The translations under genes were made by a program, and so were the position numbers. A DNA stretch of 63,432 bases, the filler included, from Sluysia triapertura (lineage: Eukaryota), in assembly GCA_046118255.1 (NCBI GenBank). It is 5 parts of 5 records of this genome, joined end to end, with 100 filler letters (N's around TTAATTAATTAA, not from the genome) between each part and the next. Parts side by side here need not be neighbours in the genome. Positions count along the whole stretch, not along the records: positions 47,967 to 63,432 come from JBJNIA010227347.1; 4 more parts are not named here. The stretch is one strand, 5' to 3'. A model generated the notes under the pieces. The model was not told the origin of the DNA. It did not search any database and saw nothing but the letters and a program-made list of their open reading frames with translations. Positions within the stretch are counted from its first letter, which is position 1. Each line of letters opens with the position of its first letter. Positions 48,291 to 62,260 of this stretch are shown in pieces.

Positions 48291-50519
48291 GTTAGTTTTG
48301 CTAGAGTTATTAAAAATTTATTAATGAATACGTTGAATTTTGACTATTTTAAAATAGTGATGCAATAAATATTTTATTACTTTTATAAATTTAAAATTTA
48401 ATATGATCTTTTTGACGTTATAACTTGTGGTGGTCTAGAACATCATTCATCAAAAATGCATTTCAAAGCACATCCAAGATATGCTATCACACAGCACCAA
48501 CTGCATTTCTCAGAACAATATAACATGATATATTAATGTAACTCATCAATATAACATTCTGCACAATCCTATATCTCATCGCTTTAATTCCAATCTAAAA
48601 GTTTGTAATTTAATTATTATTACCATTGTTATCATTGTTGTCGTCACTAGTACGATTATTGCTATTGCTGCTATTGCTATTCATTATATTAAAGATAAAT
48701 TAACTGTTTACTATGATAATGATACATATTTATGCTGGGTGTTTTTCTTAATCTAAAAACCTTACCTACAGTAAAATAATTAATTATTCTGAGTCAGTTT
48801 GCAGTATACGACTTACTAATGGCGTACCTGTAAAATTACGTGAAAACAATTATCAAAATTAATCGGACAAGATATTCTTTGCCTTAACAATAATGGGCAA
48901 ATCGTCGTTTATGTGAATTAACAATAAATAACTTAAAAACTAATTAAGACCAACGCTAGCTTATGGAATATATAAAATAATATAAAAATCAAGTAAATAA
49001 TGATGGTATAAAAGCGTGCTCTTTATTATATCTATAAATTCTAATTTAATGAGTTAATACTGCAACCAATATATTCTAGATTAAAGTTGTATTTAATCGT
49101 AAATTATTCGAAAAATAGAGCAACTCTAAACTCAATTTAAGTAATAAAAAGATTCAAAAGTCTTAATATTTTTTATTACACCAAAAAATATAAAATTAAT
49201 ATAAGTTTATAAAAATTCAACAAAAATGAATATTAATAATGAAGAAATATTATAAATGATAAATTGATAATAACAATAGTTGAATTATAATAAGGGTCTA
49301 GCTAAATTTGGATTGAATTTGGATTGAACGATCGAATTGCTGCTGCTTAGGAAATGCTACCCTTTAATCGAATACTCGGGGATCGCACAATAAATGTAAG
49401 GAATTGAAATAGAAAATTTAATAATGAATTTGTTGATGATGAGCTGGATGGTGTTGCGAATAATCTCTTTGTGATGGCTTTGCCTGTCGATGAATTTCAA
49501 AATAGCGTAAATTTTTAATGGCTTTATTTGTTTATGGTTTTTTATTTGTGAATGTCTTTATATATGTACAAAGACATCTTTTAACATTTGATTTGCTTAA
49601 ACAAATTTGTTTCTCGAAATTTCTTGACCTATTTTTTGATATATAATAATAATAATTTTAATTTTATTATAATTAAAATAATAATTTTTTAAATAATATA
49701 ATTTTTTTTAAATTTTTATAATATTTTAATAATTTTATTTCTACATAAAACCATAAAAACGAAAATATAAAATTAAGATTTTTTATACCTTTACATTTAT
49801 GAAATGTTTGTATTATTTTTATTAATGCTCATCTTGTCGTATTTCGTAACGTTTATTTGTAATTAGTTACAGACTTTGCATTATTATGTACTGCATAATA
49901 TCTTAATATTTCAATAAAGATTCATCAAATTTATTTTAACATTTAAACTAAAACCTCTATATATTATGATGAACTTTGTTTAGCATGCACGTTTACCTGT
50001 AAAACCACTATTTTAGAAATTTTCATTGTCATATACAATAATGTCCTATTAATGTGTTACAAGCTTCTTAATCCTTTAACTGCGGCTCTCGTCAATAGAC
50101 GAAGCAGCGAAACTTTTGTGAGGTGCCACTGATGTATTTAAGCTACCTGATGAATTGCTTCGGGAAAGAGTTTTGTTTATCTAATGTTATGCATATCTAA
50201 TTTCATTTAGACGCACAGGACAGAAACTCATAATTTATTACTATTTGGTCTAATTATAAATAATAAATTATAATTATAAAGAATTATTTCTATTTTATAC
50301 CTAAAATAAGTATTTCGAAAATTCCAAATTTGAAGAAGTTCAACTTATTTTAGAGACAAAATTGAGTTAAAAAATATACATCTACATAAGTCGAATTTCT
50401 CTTCCGTACCAAAAATAATCAAGTTAGAGAAAATATTACATTTTAGGAGTTCGTTTTATGGAAGTTTTACTGTACATTTTCTACCAGGAGGTTAAATGAA
50501 ACATTTTGCGCATCTAACC

Positions 50520-51000
50520 TTCAACCTCTTTGCATCAATCACACCTTCCACTAATACCAAATCAAAATAACGTCGGTTACAGCATTCCTTACGTGGCGGT
50601 AGCGAGAACCCTACAAACATTAACTTAGGGTATAAACCAGATAAAACACAATCTGAAATTAACGCCACTACATTTTACCCTTACCTTTCTTCCTTGATGA
50701 TAGTGACACCCTCAACACTTGGTTTATCGTCGTCGAGGCGGATTTACCTTATTTACTTTATCTTACCAAGACTAGATAATAAAAATAAGTTCTAAACTGC
50801 CGGCATGCCTAACATCTCTTACCAGTACGAAGCATTAAAAGAGTTATTCCTCCAACAGTACGTTAGTCCTTGAAGTCCTGACAGTCCGAATTTCTTAAAG
50901 TGAAAAACGATCTTGGTTTCCTTCGATTACTTTTGTAAACTTCCTATAATCCCGTTTAGACTGTGATTCCCAAAATATTCTTCAAACGGTGTCTCTACGA
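50520..51000 (+). mobile_element. Possible decayed gypsy gag fragment in the 9-kb UBE3A intron
   Basis: LPFFLDDSDTLNTWFIVVEAD and YEALKELFLQQY resemble the LPPFW...WF..VEA.F gag N-terminus. Locally GC-richer. Confidence 0.35.
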
Positions 51001-53578
51001 TGTCCCTACAGCAATCATTGAGACTTCTGTACCTTGTTACAGTACACAACATTAAGTTTTTTTTCAAATGAGACTTTTTCATCGCTGCAGTCCCTCAACC
51101 AACACTAGGAACGGATTTTCTAAAACATTACGACCTCCTAGTATACTGCAAGCACAGACATTGGTATTTTCTTCAGGTTAAGTAGCTTTCATAAATATCA
51201 AATATTAATGCACAAAACATTCTTCCTTATGCAGAGCATATATATATATCCTAGTTTGTTAAGGGAACAATTTAACACAGGCAATTAAGATATTACCTAT
51301 CTTACCATGTAAGTTAAGGTGTCGGGAATTGTCTCAACAATGAGCTTAATATTTTTGATATGGAAAAACAAGTAATTGTGCGGCGTGTTTACCCTTGGTT
51401 TTATGCGGTGACTACTGAATGCGTGCTAACAGTATGCACTATTGAAGTCATTCTGATCGTATTCTTAATTCTAAAAGAAATTAAATGTATCATAATACTT
51501 ATGTGACATATTCATGGTTGGGGTAAATTTTCAAAAGATTTAGCAGTTGCATATCGTCATAAAAATCTATTAGGACAGTGGCTACCCATCGCATAAGCAC
51601 CTATTATAACAGTAATGTTATGCATTCATTCAACTCCAAATATTGTGTCAAGTACAAACCGATCTTTAATTTATACTAATTGTTTCACTATCTCAAGTTG
51701 TAACCGATTTTTGTCTGACAGCCAAAATAATACTCGTCAACATTATGTTCTTGAGAAAGACAATATCATAAATAGTAATATGCATTCCGCGGATTCAAGA
51801 ATCTTAAAATCGGAAAGCCCAGTAGTTCTACAACGAATACCCAAAGAACCAAGCGCAATGCAAAATATTAGAGAATACGTTTTAGTCTTTGCTAAATAAG
51901 ATATTTTAGTTTACAAGGAAATTATAATATCATACGTCTAAAACTATCGCTGGCAAAAATCAATTTAAAATCGGAGTTTCCCAAAATAATCAAAAATATT
52001 TAATGTAAAAATGTTTTGCTAGTGTTTTCTTAAAGTGAGTTCTCCTGTAATAAGCGTTTTATATCCTATCTATGGCAATTTTATTTTACAAGATTTTATT
52101 TTTAAATTCAAACGTGACCACTGTGAGGGTTTCTCAAAGACTTAAACGTTAAAAAAATTCTAATTCTAGTTAAATGGTATTTATACCATATTAAAAAATT
52201 TCTGTTTAATATCGTTATAAAGCGTATTTCTTAATGGTAATTCTACAGGAACAAGTCGAGTTTATTACTAAATAATAAACGTAATAATTGTCATTTAAGA
52301 CGAATTGATAAAGGGATTCACTCATTTAAATCCGAAACAATTATAAGTAGTTAAAACTGTAATGAGAATCCATAGTAATCTTGCCTATTCTTAAGGTTCA
52401 GATTATCGATTCTTTACTTATTATCTTATAAAATCGTTTAATAATAAGACTCAAAACTTTATAATTAAATTTAAAGTTGATGTTATTACTCAAAAGGAAT
52501 AACAAATGATAAATTTTATTACAAAAGTAAAAAATAACTAAAAATTGATTGTAACAATAAAACTTCAACTATATAAAATTATTTTATAAATATATGACAA
52601 GTTTAATAATTAAGCTTGCTCTTAATTAAAAATATAATTTTAAACTGATTTTAAGGCTGGAATTGTTCAAGTCAAAATATAAAAAAATTTTACGTCTACT
52701 TTTATCCTTATTTTATATAAGGAAAAAACTTACAAATAATTAATTTTCGATTTATTCAAGGAATACTCAGAAGGGTTAAGATGAATTAATTGAATGAAAT
52801 CAAAATGAATAAACGTTATCGGGACAGTTTGAGTTTGTGGAAACTTTGAGTACTCAAAAAGATGAGATAGATCATCTGATAAAACCGGAACCTTTGATGA
52901 ATTAATGAACTTATGTGTCAAATATATGTACCGGTAACCAGTAAAAATCATTCATTTTTACTTTTCTTTCTCTATCAGTTGATTTCTGATTTTATTTTAA
53001 AATTTTACTTTTATATTAATTTTTCTTATTAAAATGTCATATAAGACTTTGAAAACCCGTTAATTTTATAATTTAATAAAATGTCATTAGATAAATAACT
53101 AATTAATTTTCTGTTATTAATTAAGAAATATTCATAATAATAGTTATTATTATTATTTTATTATTATTTACATAATATTTGCGTGTTTGCGCAACATTTT
53201 TCTCACAGTTTCAATAAGTTAAATTATTAATTGAAACTTTACCTATCCTGATTTAAATTAGTTAACAATTATTCTTTATAATTATTTTATTAGCTCAAAA
53301 CTAAACTTTTCTTGTTTTTCAGTAATTTTTATTACTTATTATTTTTGAAAGAAATGGTTGTGCAAGAAATTTAATTTTTAAAATAAGTTTTATAATTTTT
53401 AAATCTTCTCTATCCAGGTCTCGAAACAAATAAATATTCAAATAAGTTTTATTTATAAGACAAAGATGCACAAAGGTGTCTTAACAAAAAATAATGTTAT
53501 ACCACATGTAATATCAATTATTAAATGAATTATGCATAATATTTTATTAAAGAAGAATATTATATCAATGTTTTATGT

Positions 53579-54790
53579 TAAATTCGATATAATGGCTAAT
53601 AATTCGGGAACACCACAATAGATGAAACTAAAGTCATATAATTATTTTGGAACATTGCGATAGCTGAGATCAAAATTGTGCTTAATTATTAATTTTAATT
53701 ATACAAAATATTTAACAAAATTTGTATCACGTGTACGAATTTAATCGTGGAGGAATTAGATTTTATGTTATCACGAAGTAACCGTCTATGAATTAAATTT
53801 TATGTTAAATTAAATGTTAGCTTCTCTGTGAAATTTTGGTGCAAAAAGTTTACTATTTAGTTATACATTATAATTTATAGTTGTTTACACAATTTATATT
53901 TCTACCTGTTACAGTTTATTAATTTATACCTATATTAGACTATTTTACATACCTTTTATTGGTAGACTATATACAATATTGGTAGAAGGCAAAAATTAAA
54001 TTCAAATGGGTTTTTTTCCAAAATGTAGTAAAATAATTAAAATCAAAAGTCGTCGCTGTTATTTTTCTAAACATTTTTACAACTTCTCCCTGTTATACTT
54101 TTTCATTATCCAATCACTAGACTCTATCCTATTTTATGCTTAAAAATTTTATTAAGTTGTTTGGTAGAATGCACTCAGGGATTTTGGTTGCTTTCACATT
54201 CACCACTGTTTCTTTTTGCTATTTCTCCATGTTAACTAATGTATTCAATTTATCTTTAATATTAGTAACAATGATTTTATTTCTCATATTTTAAAGAATT
54301 CAAATACTTTACAAGGTTATTCAAAGGTCTTAAACACTTACCAAAGGATAACTCCTTTCAAGTTCTTTTTAATTTCTGATTCACTATTTTAATAAATTAA
54401 ATAAAGTGAACATGCTAAGTTTTATTCTTAAAATATATAAGCTAAACGAATAATGTAGCACGTAACACGATAAATGAAAAATAATCAATAAGGAATATTA
54501 TTACATTAGAGTTTATTAATAATTTATTTTAAAAAATGAAATTATTCCTGACCTAAACCAACGTAGAATTAAAATACGTAAAGTACATATATTGTCCTTC
54601 ACGTAAATGAGGTTTAAAACCTATTTATGAAAAACTTACGGATAATTAAATTCGATATAGTGGTTAATAATTCGGGATATAATTCAAAGTTATATAATTA
54701 TTCTGGAACATTGCGATAGTTGAGATCAAAATTGTGCTTAATTATTCAGGAGTACCACGATAGTTGAAAATCAAAGTTGTATGTTACCGG
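53579..54790 (+). repeat. Direct repeat pair (~53579-53690 and ~54647-54790) built of ~40-nt units
   Basis: taaattcgatata(a/g)tgg(c/t)taataattcggga...ggaacattgcgatag(c/t)tgagatcaaaattgtgcttaattatt occurs twice. Confidence 0.85.
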
Positions 54791-55189
54791 ATTATCGAAG
54801 CGGAATTAATTTTTGTGTTTTGTTTGTCGAGCAATTAAAAATTTTTTTTTAAGTATTGAGGTTTTATATTAAATTCGCTGCATTATTTATTAAATCGAAA
54901 TAATTAAAATACATTAAATATATTCCAATGCAAATATTAAAAATCCATTAAAGTAAAAATCTATTGAAATAATTAAAAATCCATTAATTCTTAAAAATAA
55001 AAACTTTGCGAAAAAAATTGTCATTGAATATTTTCCATTAAAAATAATCCATTTATTAATATTACAATAAAAACCATCAATCTTTCATTAAATTAATTGA
55101 AAATATCTATTAGTTAAATGGATTTTTTTAGTTTTATTTCTTTTATGTTCATTAATTTTAATTATTGTAAAAAATATTGGATTAGTTGT

Positions 55190-55199
55190 TATTATTTTA

Positions 55200-55258
<59 letters not shown>
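55190..55258 (+). repeat. (TAT)n microsatellite
   Basis: Directly visible. Confidence 0.9.
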
Positions 55259-57451
55259 TCAATATAAAAATACAACCTAACATATTTATAAATGTTTAAA
55301 ATATCTTAAGTTATAAAAAAATTCACAAGTTCAACGGTATTTTGATATTTCAAAAGGTTTCCAAACCAATCTCAAGCTTCTTCAAGGGTCTCAAAATTAC
55401 TATAGATATTTAATCTTCATCATTCTTACTCTGTTTTATTATATATCATTCTGTATCACATTTTCCTGCATTTTTCAATTTCATATCTTACCTACTCATT
55501 TCTTATACCACACATGGGCAATCTTAACAGTGACAACCAAACAATACAGTTATGTTATGACTTTAATCTTAAGCAGTATTTGGATATCTTCAAGGATAAA
55601 AAATTAATATATTATATCGTGAGTTCTTTTAATTTGTCTTTTGTTTAATAGAGACGGAAATGCATTCGAGTTTGTTCCTTTTTTAAATCTCTAAAGAGTA
55701 TCTTTTAAAAAATTTAATCTATTTACTACTAAATTAAGGTGCATTAGGCTATGCAAATAAAATATAATGTAAAATATAGTGTTAGACGACATTTAAAGTA
55801 CTTAAATAATTAATTTAAGGATTTTAAATTACCAAAAATTGTTGACTTTATTTTAATCAGCTTCCATCCATATAATAATTGTACTACCTAACTAATTTGT
55901 TTCGAAAGTAATTTGCCTATATTTCATCATAAATTATGATCCATATTATAGTTTTGACCCTGTATTTTTGTTTAATTATATTTATCTACGCTTGTTAGGA
56001 GTATTTACATTTCATTTGTCTTTACGTTAATCTGTGGATGCTTTAGACGCTAATTTCTTATGTTTGTTTTTAATTTGTTATTTTTATCTTATTGTTTGAA
56101 GATGCTTCGAAGTGCTCCTTGGTGTTTAAAAAATATTTTTGAATTTTTCTAAAAATTCTTTCATATACTAACTTTCAAATTTTTATGGTTTTTTAAAGTA
56201 TATGCAATAGAGTTTCAATTTAATTTAATAAATATTTAGATTTTTACGACGTTATTTTTATGTGTATTAAGTATTATGTTTTTGGAGTCTTACAGTATTA
56301 AAGCACAATATTATTCGTGAGATATTATTTAGAATACAATTAATTTCGGGAACTACTGTCTTCAATTGGGAAGTGACATCTGCCTAAGATTTTAATATAT
56401 GAAATTTAAGTAAACAACAAAGTACGATAATAGCAAAACTGTAAGATAATTGTACGATTCAGATTCTGTAACTAATAATAATAATGCCATCACGTAAAAC
56501 TCTACTCATCACTATAGAAAAATAAAAACTGTAATTACATTCTCAAATCTGCGAAAAGATAAAAACTAGCATTATCTGATTCGCTCTATTCGAAGATGTT
56601 ATGCAACCATCATATTGAAATAAATCTATTGTTAACGAAAAAAGAAAATTTATTGAATTATTTACAGTGTTAGGATTTTTATAATGGATAATTCATGTGG
56701 AATAGTTGTCTGTTCAGCATAGTAATATTATGTAACTAATTATTATGTTTTCATTATAGTTTCAAACAAATTTGAAAAATATGTTTGCAATTAAAAATAA
56801 TTTCATTTAAATTTTATTTAATGTAAAATTAATAACATAAAAATAATGCAATAAATAATAGTTTCTTAATTACTTTCTTTATGATTTAATTTCATTTAAA
56901 CTCTAGATACATTATTTGTAAATGTATGCATTTTAGTCTGTGTTATTTAGTATATTTACTAAATGAAAACGCGAAAATTTCTTCAAAAACATTCTTGCGG
57001 TATGGATCATCAATGTTGTTAACTTTGAATAGTTATTGTTAGCTTTTACTATAATGTAATAAATAAAATTTCAACTTATTTTTTAAATAACACATTTGGT
57101 TGGTTTATCTGTGATTTTAGTTATAAAATTGACAAAAAAATTATTCTTTTAATTTCTAAACGTGAGATGTTCGACTGATAGAATTTTGAATGAAATAATT
57201 CAAGTAATTAGTAAAAATATGTAAGAAGTACAAATGTTTTATTTTTATAATTGACGTTCTTGTTGATAAATAATTTTTCTTTATGACCTAAAACTTACTT
57301 GTAAGGTGTTTCGGATACGCCTGTTTAGCATCAGAGTTTTCGGTCTTTTGCAGTTTTTATAATTGCCCGCCTACTCTTCTAATAAGTTAATGATATAACA
57401 AATTCGTATGTAAACACTAGTATACTTTACGTTTTATTATCTTTATTTCAG

Positions 57452-57607
57452 GAATTTGTTTCTCTATATGCTGATTACTTGTTAAATAAATCAATCGAGA
57501 ACAATTTCAGCGCGTTTTACAAAGGATTCTATATGGTAGTAAATGTTTTACCATTGAAATTATTATTCAGGCCAGATGAAATAGAATTAATTGTTTGTGG
57601 TTCAAAG
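57452..57607 (+). CDS. UBE3A: UBE3A-like HECT ligase, penultimate exon
   Basis: [52 protein letters not shown] closely parallels E6AP. CAG acceptor, GT donor, 156 nt. Confidence 0.92.
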
Positions 57608-57705
57608 GTATTTTTATAGTTTATAAATTAAAAAAACGAACTATAATTTTAATTCACTTAAATTATTATATTTTTGATTATTATATTATATTATAACATT
57701 ATTAG

Positions 57706-58047
57706 AGTTTTGATTTCAAAGAATTAGAAAAAGTAACACAATACGATGGTGGTTATAGTAGCACTTCGGAATTAATAGTACAATTCTGGTATATCATACA
57801 TCATGAAATGAATACTGATGAACATTCAAAATTACTCAAATTCACAACTGGTTCAGATCGAATTCCAGTTGGTGGTATGAAAAATATGAATTTCGTAGTT
57901 ATGCGCAACGGTCCAGATTCTGACCAATTACCAACCGCACATGTTTGTTACAATACATTACTCCTACCGGAATATAAAAGCCCTGTAAAATTAAAACAAT
58001 CATTACTTAAAGCAATTACGTATTCAACTGGATTTGGCTTGCGTTGA
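57706..58047 (+). CDS. UBE3A: UBE3A-like HECT ligase, terminal exon (catalytic C-lobe)
   Basis: FDFKELEKVTQYDGGY...FTTGSDRIPVGG...NGPDSDQLPTAHVCYNTLLLPEY...LLKAITYSTGFGLR*. Catalytic Cys present. Confidence 0.93.
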   Translation, partial: SFDFKELEKVTQYDGGYSSTSELIVQFWYIIHHEMNTDEHSKLLKFTTGSDRIPVGGMKNMNFVVMRNGPDSDQLPTAHVCYNTLLLPEYKSPVKLKQSLLKAITYSTGFGLR

Positions 58048-58227
58048 TAGTTGCATTCCAGCTTTGATACGATACTGTGTTTAGTATATAAGTACATTGT
58101 TGCTTCTTGCATAACTACTACATTAATAAGATTTATATATTTAATTATAATGCATTTATATCATTATATCATTTTCTAAGATGTTTATAAAACTCATCAA
58201 ATGTAGTGCTGTTCTGCAAGACACGAC

Positions 58228-58307
<80 letters not shown>
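58228..58307. repeat. Head-to-head (AAT)n(TAT)n palindromic microsatellite
   Basis: About 13 AAT units immediately followed by about 13 TAT units. Confidence 0.95.
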
Positions 58308-58310
<3 letters not shown>

Positions 58311-58370
58311 TTATTATTGGTTTATTTAACCAAATAATTTTTTCCTTTTTCTTATTAATTCTATCTAATA

Positions 58371-59171
58371 TTAGGTTGTCCCATAAAAAATGTACCTCTG
58401 TAGCACAATTTTCAAATTGATATATCACGATAAATATTCACATTTTAAAGCTGGAGTTATGTACTTTTCAGTTACTTATTTAATTTATTTAAATTTTTAA
58501 AAAAGTTCTATAAAATAGAGATTGAAAAAATTATATGTGAAACAGAAAGCTCAGACGTAACTATTGTTTTAAATTGTGTAATGGTTGTACAAATATTTAA
58601 TGATGGATGTGTGCAGTTTAAAAACAAACAATGAACTAATCTTCATAAAGGACCTTCATTGAAATAAACTCAGTTAAATTACCGAATTTAAAATTGCTGT
58701 GAAGTACTAATAAGTTTTGCATTTGATTTGGAAATATTTGAGGGAAGTCCCAGATGAAAAGTGAACAAGGTATCGTAAAACAAAAAAGTGGAAAAGAAGG
58801 ATTAGGTAAATACGAGTTTGGCCACCCGGACTTAAAGAAGGTGTGAAAAGTCATGAAGTGTATTGATGGAATTCCATATGGTCAATCTATCAACTATTGC
58901 TTTTATTATAATCAGATAGAATGAGTTTTACTTCGGTAAACTTCAAATGATGGATGATTTAATTTTCCATCTATCCTTAAGTTTATTACTTCTTATGGTC
59001 AATTGCTCACTTTTCAAGAATAGAATATTCAGTACTGAAGATAACATTAAATTGTATTAAGTAGTTAAGTAGTCCTTGACAAAAACATGATATTTTGAAT
59101 AAATATGTAGTTTGAATAAAGTGATATTTTATCATTTCGAAAATAGTACATTATTTTTGGAACAAACCTAG
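58371..59171 (+). mobile_element. Internally deleted mariner transposon
   Basis: TA-flanked TIRs TTAGGTTGTCCCATAAAAAATGTAC / GTACATTATTTTTGGAACAAACCTAG. Residual transposase-like pieces (GIPYGQSINYCFYYNQI; FKNRIFSTEDNIK). Confidence 0.8.
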
Positions 59172-61439
59172 TATGCTTTTGGTTTATATTTAAAATTTTA
59201 CCGAAATTGTTAAAAATGTATTGTAAATATAATAATTGCTAAACAATTTTTAATTAAATTGTTATTCAGAATGCAAAATTTTTTGTTTGAAAATATAAAT
59301 ATAAATATAAAAAATAAAATTGATATCAAATATATGTAAATAGAAATAATCATAACATATTAATCTTCAAATACGTAAGGTAAGAGATGGTCAAAGTGAA
59401 CTAGACAATGTCATTTGTTATTTTTAACAAATTTTTGTTATCGAATACTATTCATTCAGGAGAAAATGGGAATCAAAAATTTTTGTATAATTAACAGAAT
59501 ATTATTTACATTATTATGTAGTTCTTTTCTTTTTTTAGCTTTACTATTTCTACTATAAAAATTGGCTGAACATTCTAGATCTTAATGTCGGTATATTTTA
59601 ATGACTTGAATGTTTAATTTCATATGTAAAGATGTCGAAAATTGTTGACAATAAGTTAGTTTTCAATAATAAGCATACTTTTCCTTTTGTTTTTTTTCGA
59701 AACCAAAACTCGGTTAAACACTGTAAAGGGATTCGAATTAAAATTTAGGCCTCGTTGAAGCATAAATTATAGAATACTAAATTATTTTACTATTTAAATT
59801 TAAATTCGTTAAGATTCGCTTGTTTATGCAACCTATAAAATAAGATAAAATCTTATTAATATGTTTTGGATTGATTCCATTAATATTTGTTTTAATATCT
59901 TCATTTTTCATCCATGAAGTTGACAAAATCTTTTTTATTCAATCATCGTTGATGAATCCTATTCTTTGGAAATCGTTAATATATTCTTCCCCTTCAGTCA
60001 TAATTTTGTATTATATGCAAATGTTTTCTGGAGGTGAATTCACCTAATAGCTACGACTTATATCTGATCGAAAGCGGTTTATTAGAATTTTTCATCAAAA
60101 AACTTAAATGTCTCTTAAAAATGTTTTTATATTTTGTCTTTGTCTAAGATAAATTTCGTGAAATAGTGTGTCTCGGATTATATCTAATATATTAAAACTC
60201 TAAATTAAACGAGCAGAATTATGGTCTAGTTTTATGAAGTATATTGAGCTAGCCGGTTATGATCTAGCTTGTAAATCAAAAGTATATTTTAAGATTTTTT
60301 TTAGAAAAATAAGTATCATCGCTCATGATAACAAAACAAAATAAACGTTGAAGAATTAAGATGTATTATGATGAATTGCAATAACAAGGTAAGCATATAA
60401 AATACTTGTATCAAAAAATGCGAAATATGAATAAATAATTATTTATATGGTTTTATACGGTTAATTAATTTAATAAAAATTTGTTTTCTCATGATAAAAT
60501 AATATTAGATTGAGTCCAGAGTGATGAGTTTTAATGTTTTTTTAATGATGAAGTTCCATGAATAATGTCGGCGGAGATAACGTAAAAATTAGTTATTTTG
60601 ATTAGTGTTTATATTAAAGTTAAATTTGTTCCGGTGTTTCAGTATAGTTAGAATGTATATTACATTAATGATAATGAATATACCAATTCAAATATGTTAT
60701 AGAAATTTACGCATAACGTATTACATAAAAATTTCTATGAAAAATAACTTCATTATTTCATTAATTTTATCCTAAATTTAAATTAATAAATTGCATTGAT
60801 AGAATAATGCGTAAGGGGATTGTTAATAACAAGTCCTATTATCTTTAGATAATTGAAAAGATATTGAAAATGGACACAGGCGGAAATTACTGTCGAAATG
60901 TAATCAGTAAAATTAGTGGGGTTATCACCGACTTTGAAGAATGGACAGTTTTAATTTCGTCTTGATCAATTTTCCAAGTGAGTGTAGATACAACTTACTT
61001 CAAACCCATGCGTAAACAATTTATCTATATTATAACATCACATAAAATTCACTTAATTAAATCATTAACATAAAAGTTTTATTATTAATAAATTAATTTC
61101 AGTTCTTGCTGATATCACTTTCTTTGTCTTCCTTGGTAGCACGTCTAAAATTTTAATTTATTATGTAAATATTTATATTTTAAAAATGTAAAAGCCTTTT
61201 TAAAGATAATGTATATCAGAAAATTTTATGTGATTTATATTTTGTAAAAATAAGTTTTGATTTTAAAGTTTTTTGTTTAAATATCTCACTGTTTCGCGAA
61301 TATTTCAAAAAGTTTGAAAATTTTTAAAATTTACTTTATGTATACGAATTTCAAAATCATTGAGAAATTTTTATCAAGCGAGTTTTCTTATACAAAACTT
61401 TCATAGTATGTTACACTTTATACAACCTTTTTTAGAACT

Positions 61440-62260
61440 ATGCAAGATGTCATATTTTGCTGCGAGGTGTCACACTTTCAACTTGTATTAATGTTATGCG
61501 GTAATTGTAGTAGTGTCCATTGTCAATCAGGACTTCTCACGAGTCGAATTAAATATTTAATTAAATTAAAATGGCGTAAAACTCAATATGACAAAAAGAA
61601 TATTTCTTATCAAGTTAAACCAGCTGATGCATTTCATAAAAAATTGAAAGGTCTTAATGTATGCACAAGCGCACCTATAAAGAAAGCAGTAGAAGGATCA
61701 CAGTATCTAAGTTGTAATGATAATTTGAGGGAAAGCGTTGATACTACAATAAATTATTTAAATACAGAAAATGATAAATATGGAAGAAATTTTAAAAATT
61801 CAAAGTACGATCAATGAAAATTTTGTAAATCAAATCGATCCTATCGAAAATGTCGTCACACAATCGATTTGATCAAAGAAACATGTGTTCGTGATCCTTA
61901 TTTTAGAAAACTGCGAACTATATCTGTTCAAGATCTTAATGAACATTTACATGCCAGTGCCAGAACTGGATCTCTCGAAGCTAGTCGTTGCTTATTAACT
62001 CTAGTGTTCGGCCGAACGTTATCTATCCAATTCGACAGACGACGCTAACAATCAACCATTACAAGTCAAATTTTGCAAACGTATGATAGAGATTTACTTT
62101 AAATGGATGGAAACAACGATTTCCCGCTACAAATTGCTTGCAATACATCTCAAGCCAGTCAAGAACCTTTTAAATGGAAAGTTTTTATTAGTAGTCAGTT
62201 CGAAACTCGATTCGAGTTGACTGGTTTTAGTTTCTTATACCTTTTGATCCGACTTGGCAC
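61440..62260 (+). pseudogene. Decayed GIT1/2-like ArfGAP-ankyrin pseudogene fragment
   Basis: Ordered matches to the GIT N-terminus: LCGNCSSVH (second CxxC of ArfGAP), FKNSKY (FIRAKY), DLNEHLHASARTGSLEASRCLLTL (DLSKQLHSSVRTGNLETCLRLLSL), PLQIACNTSQASQ (ankyrin) and FELTG (YELTD). Several stops and frameshifts. Confidence 0.7.

Noticed and set aside
59379-60300. Additional pogo-like relic (GGTAAG-type terminus, broken minus-strand frames)
   Set aside because: No catalytic motif or partner TIR could be confirmed.
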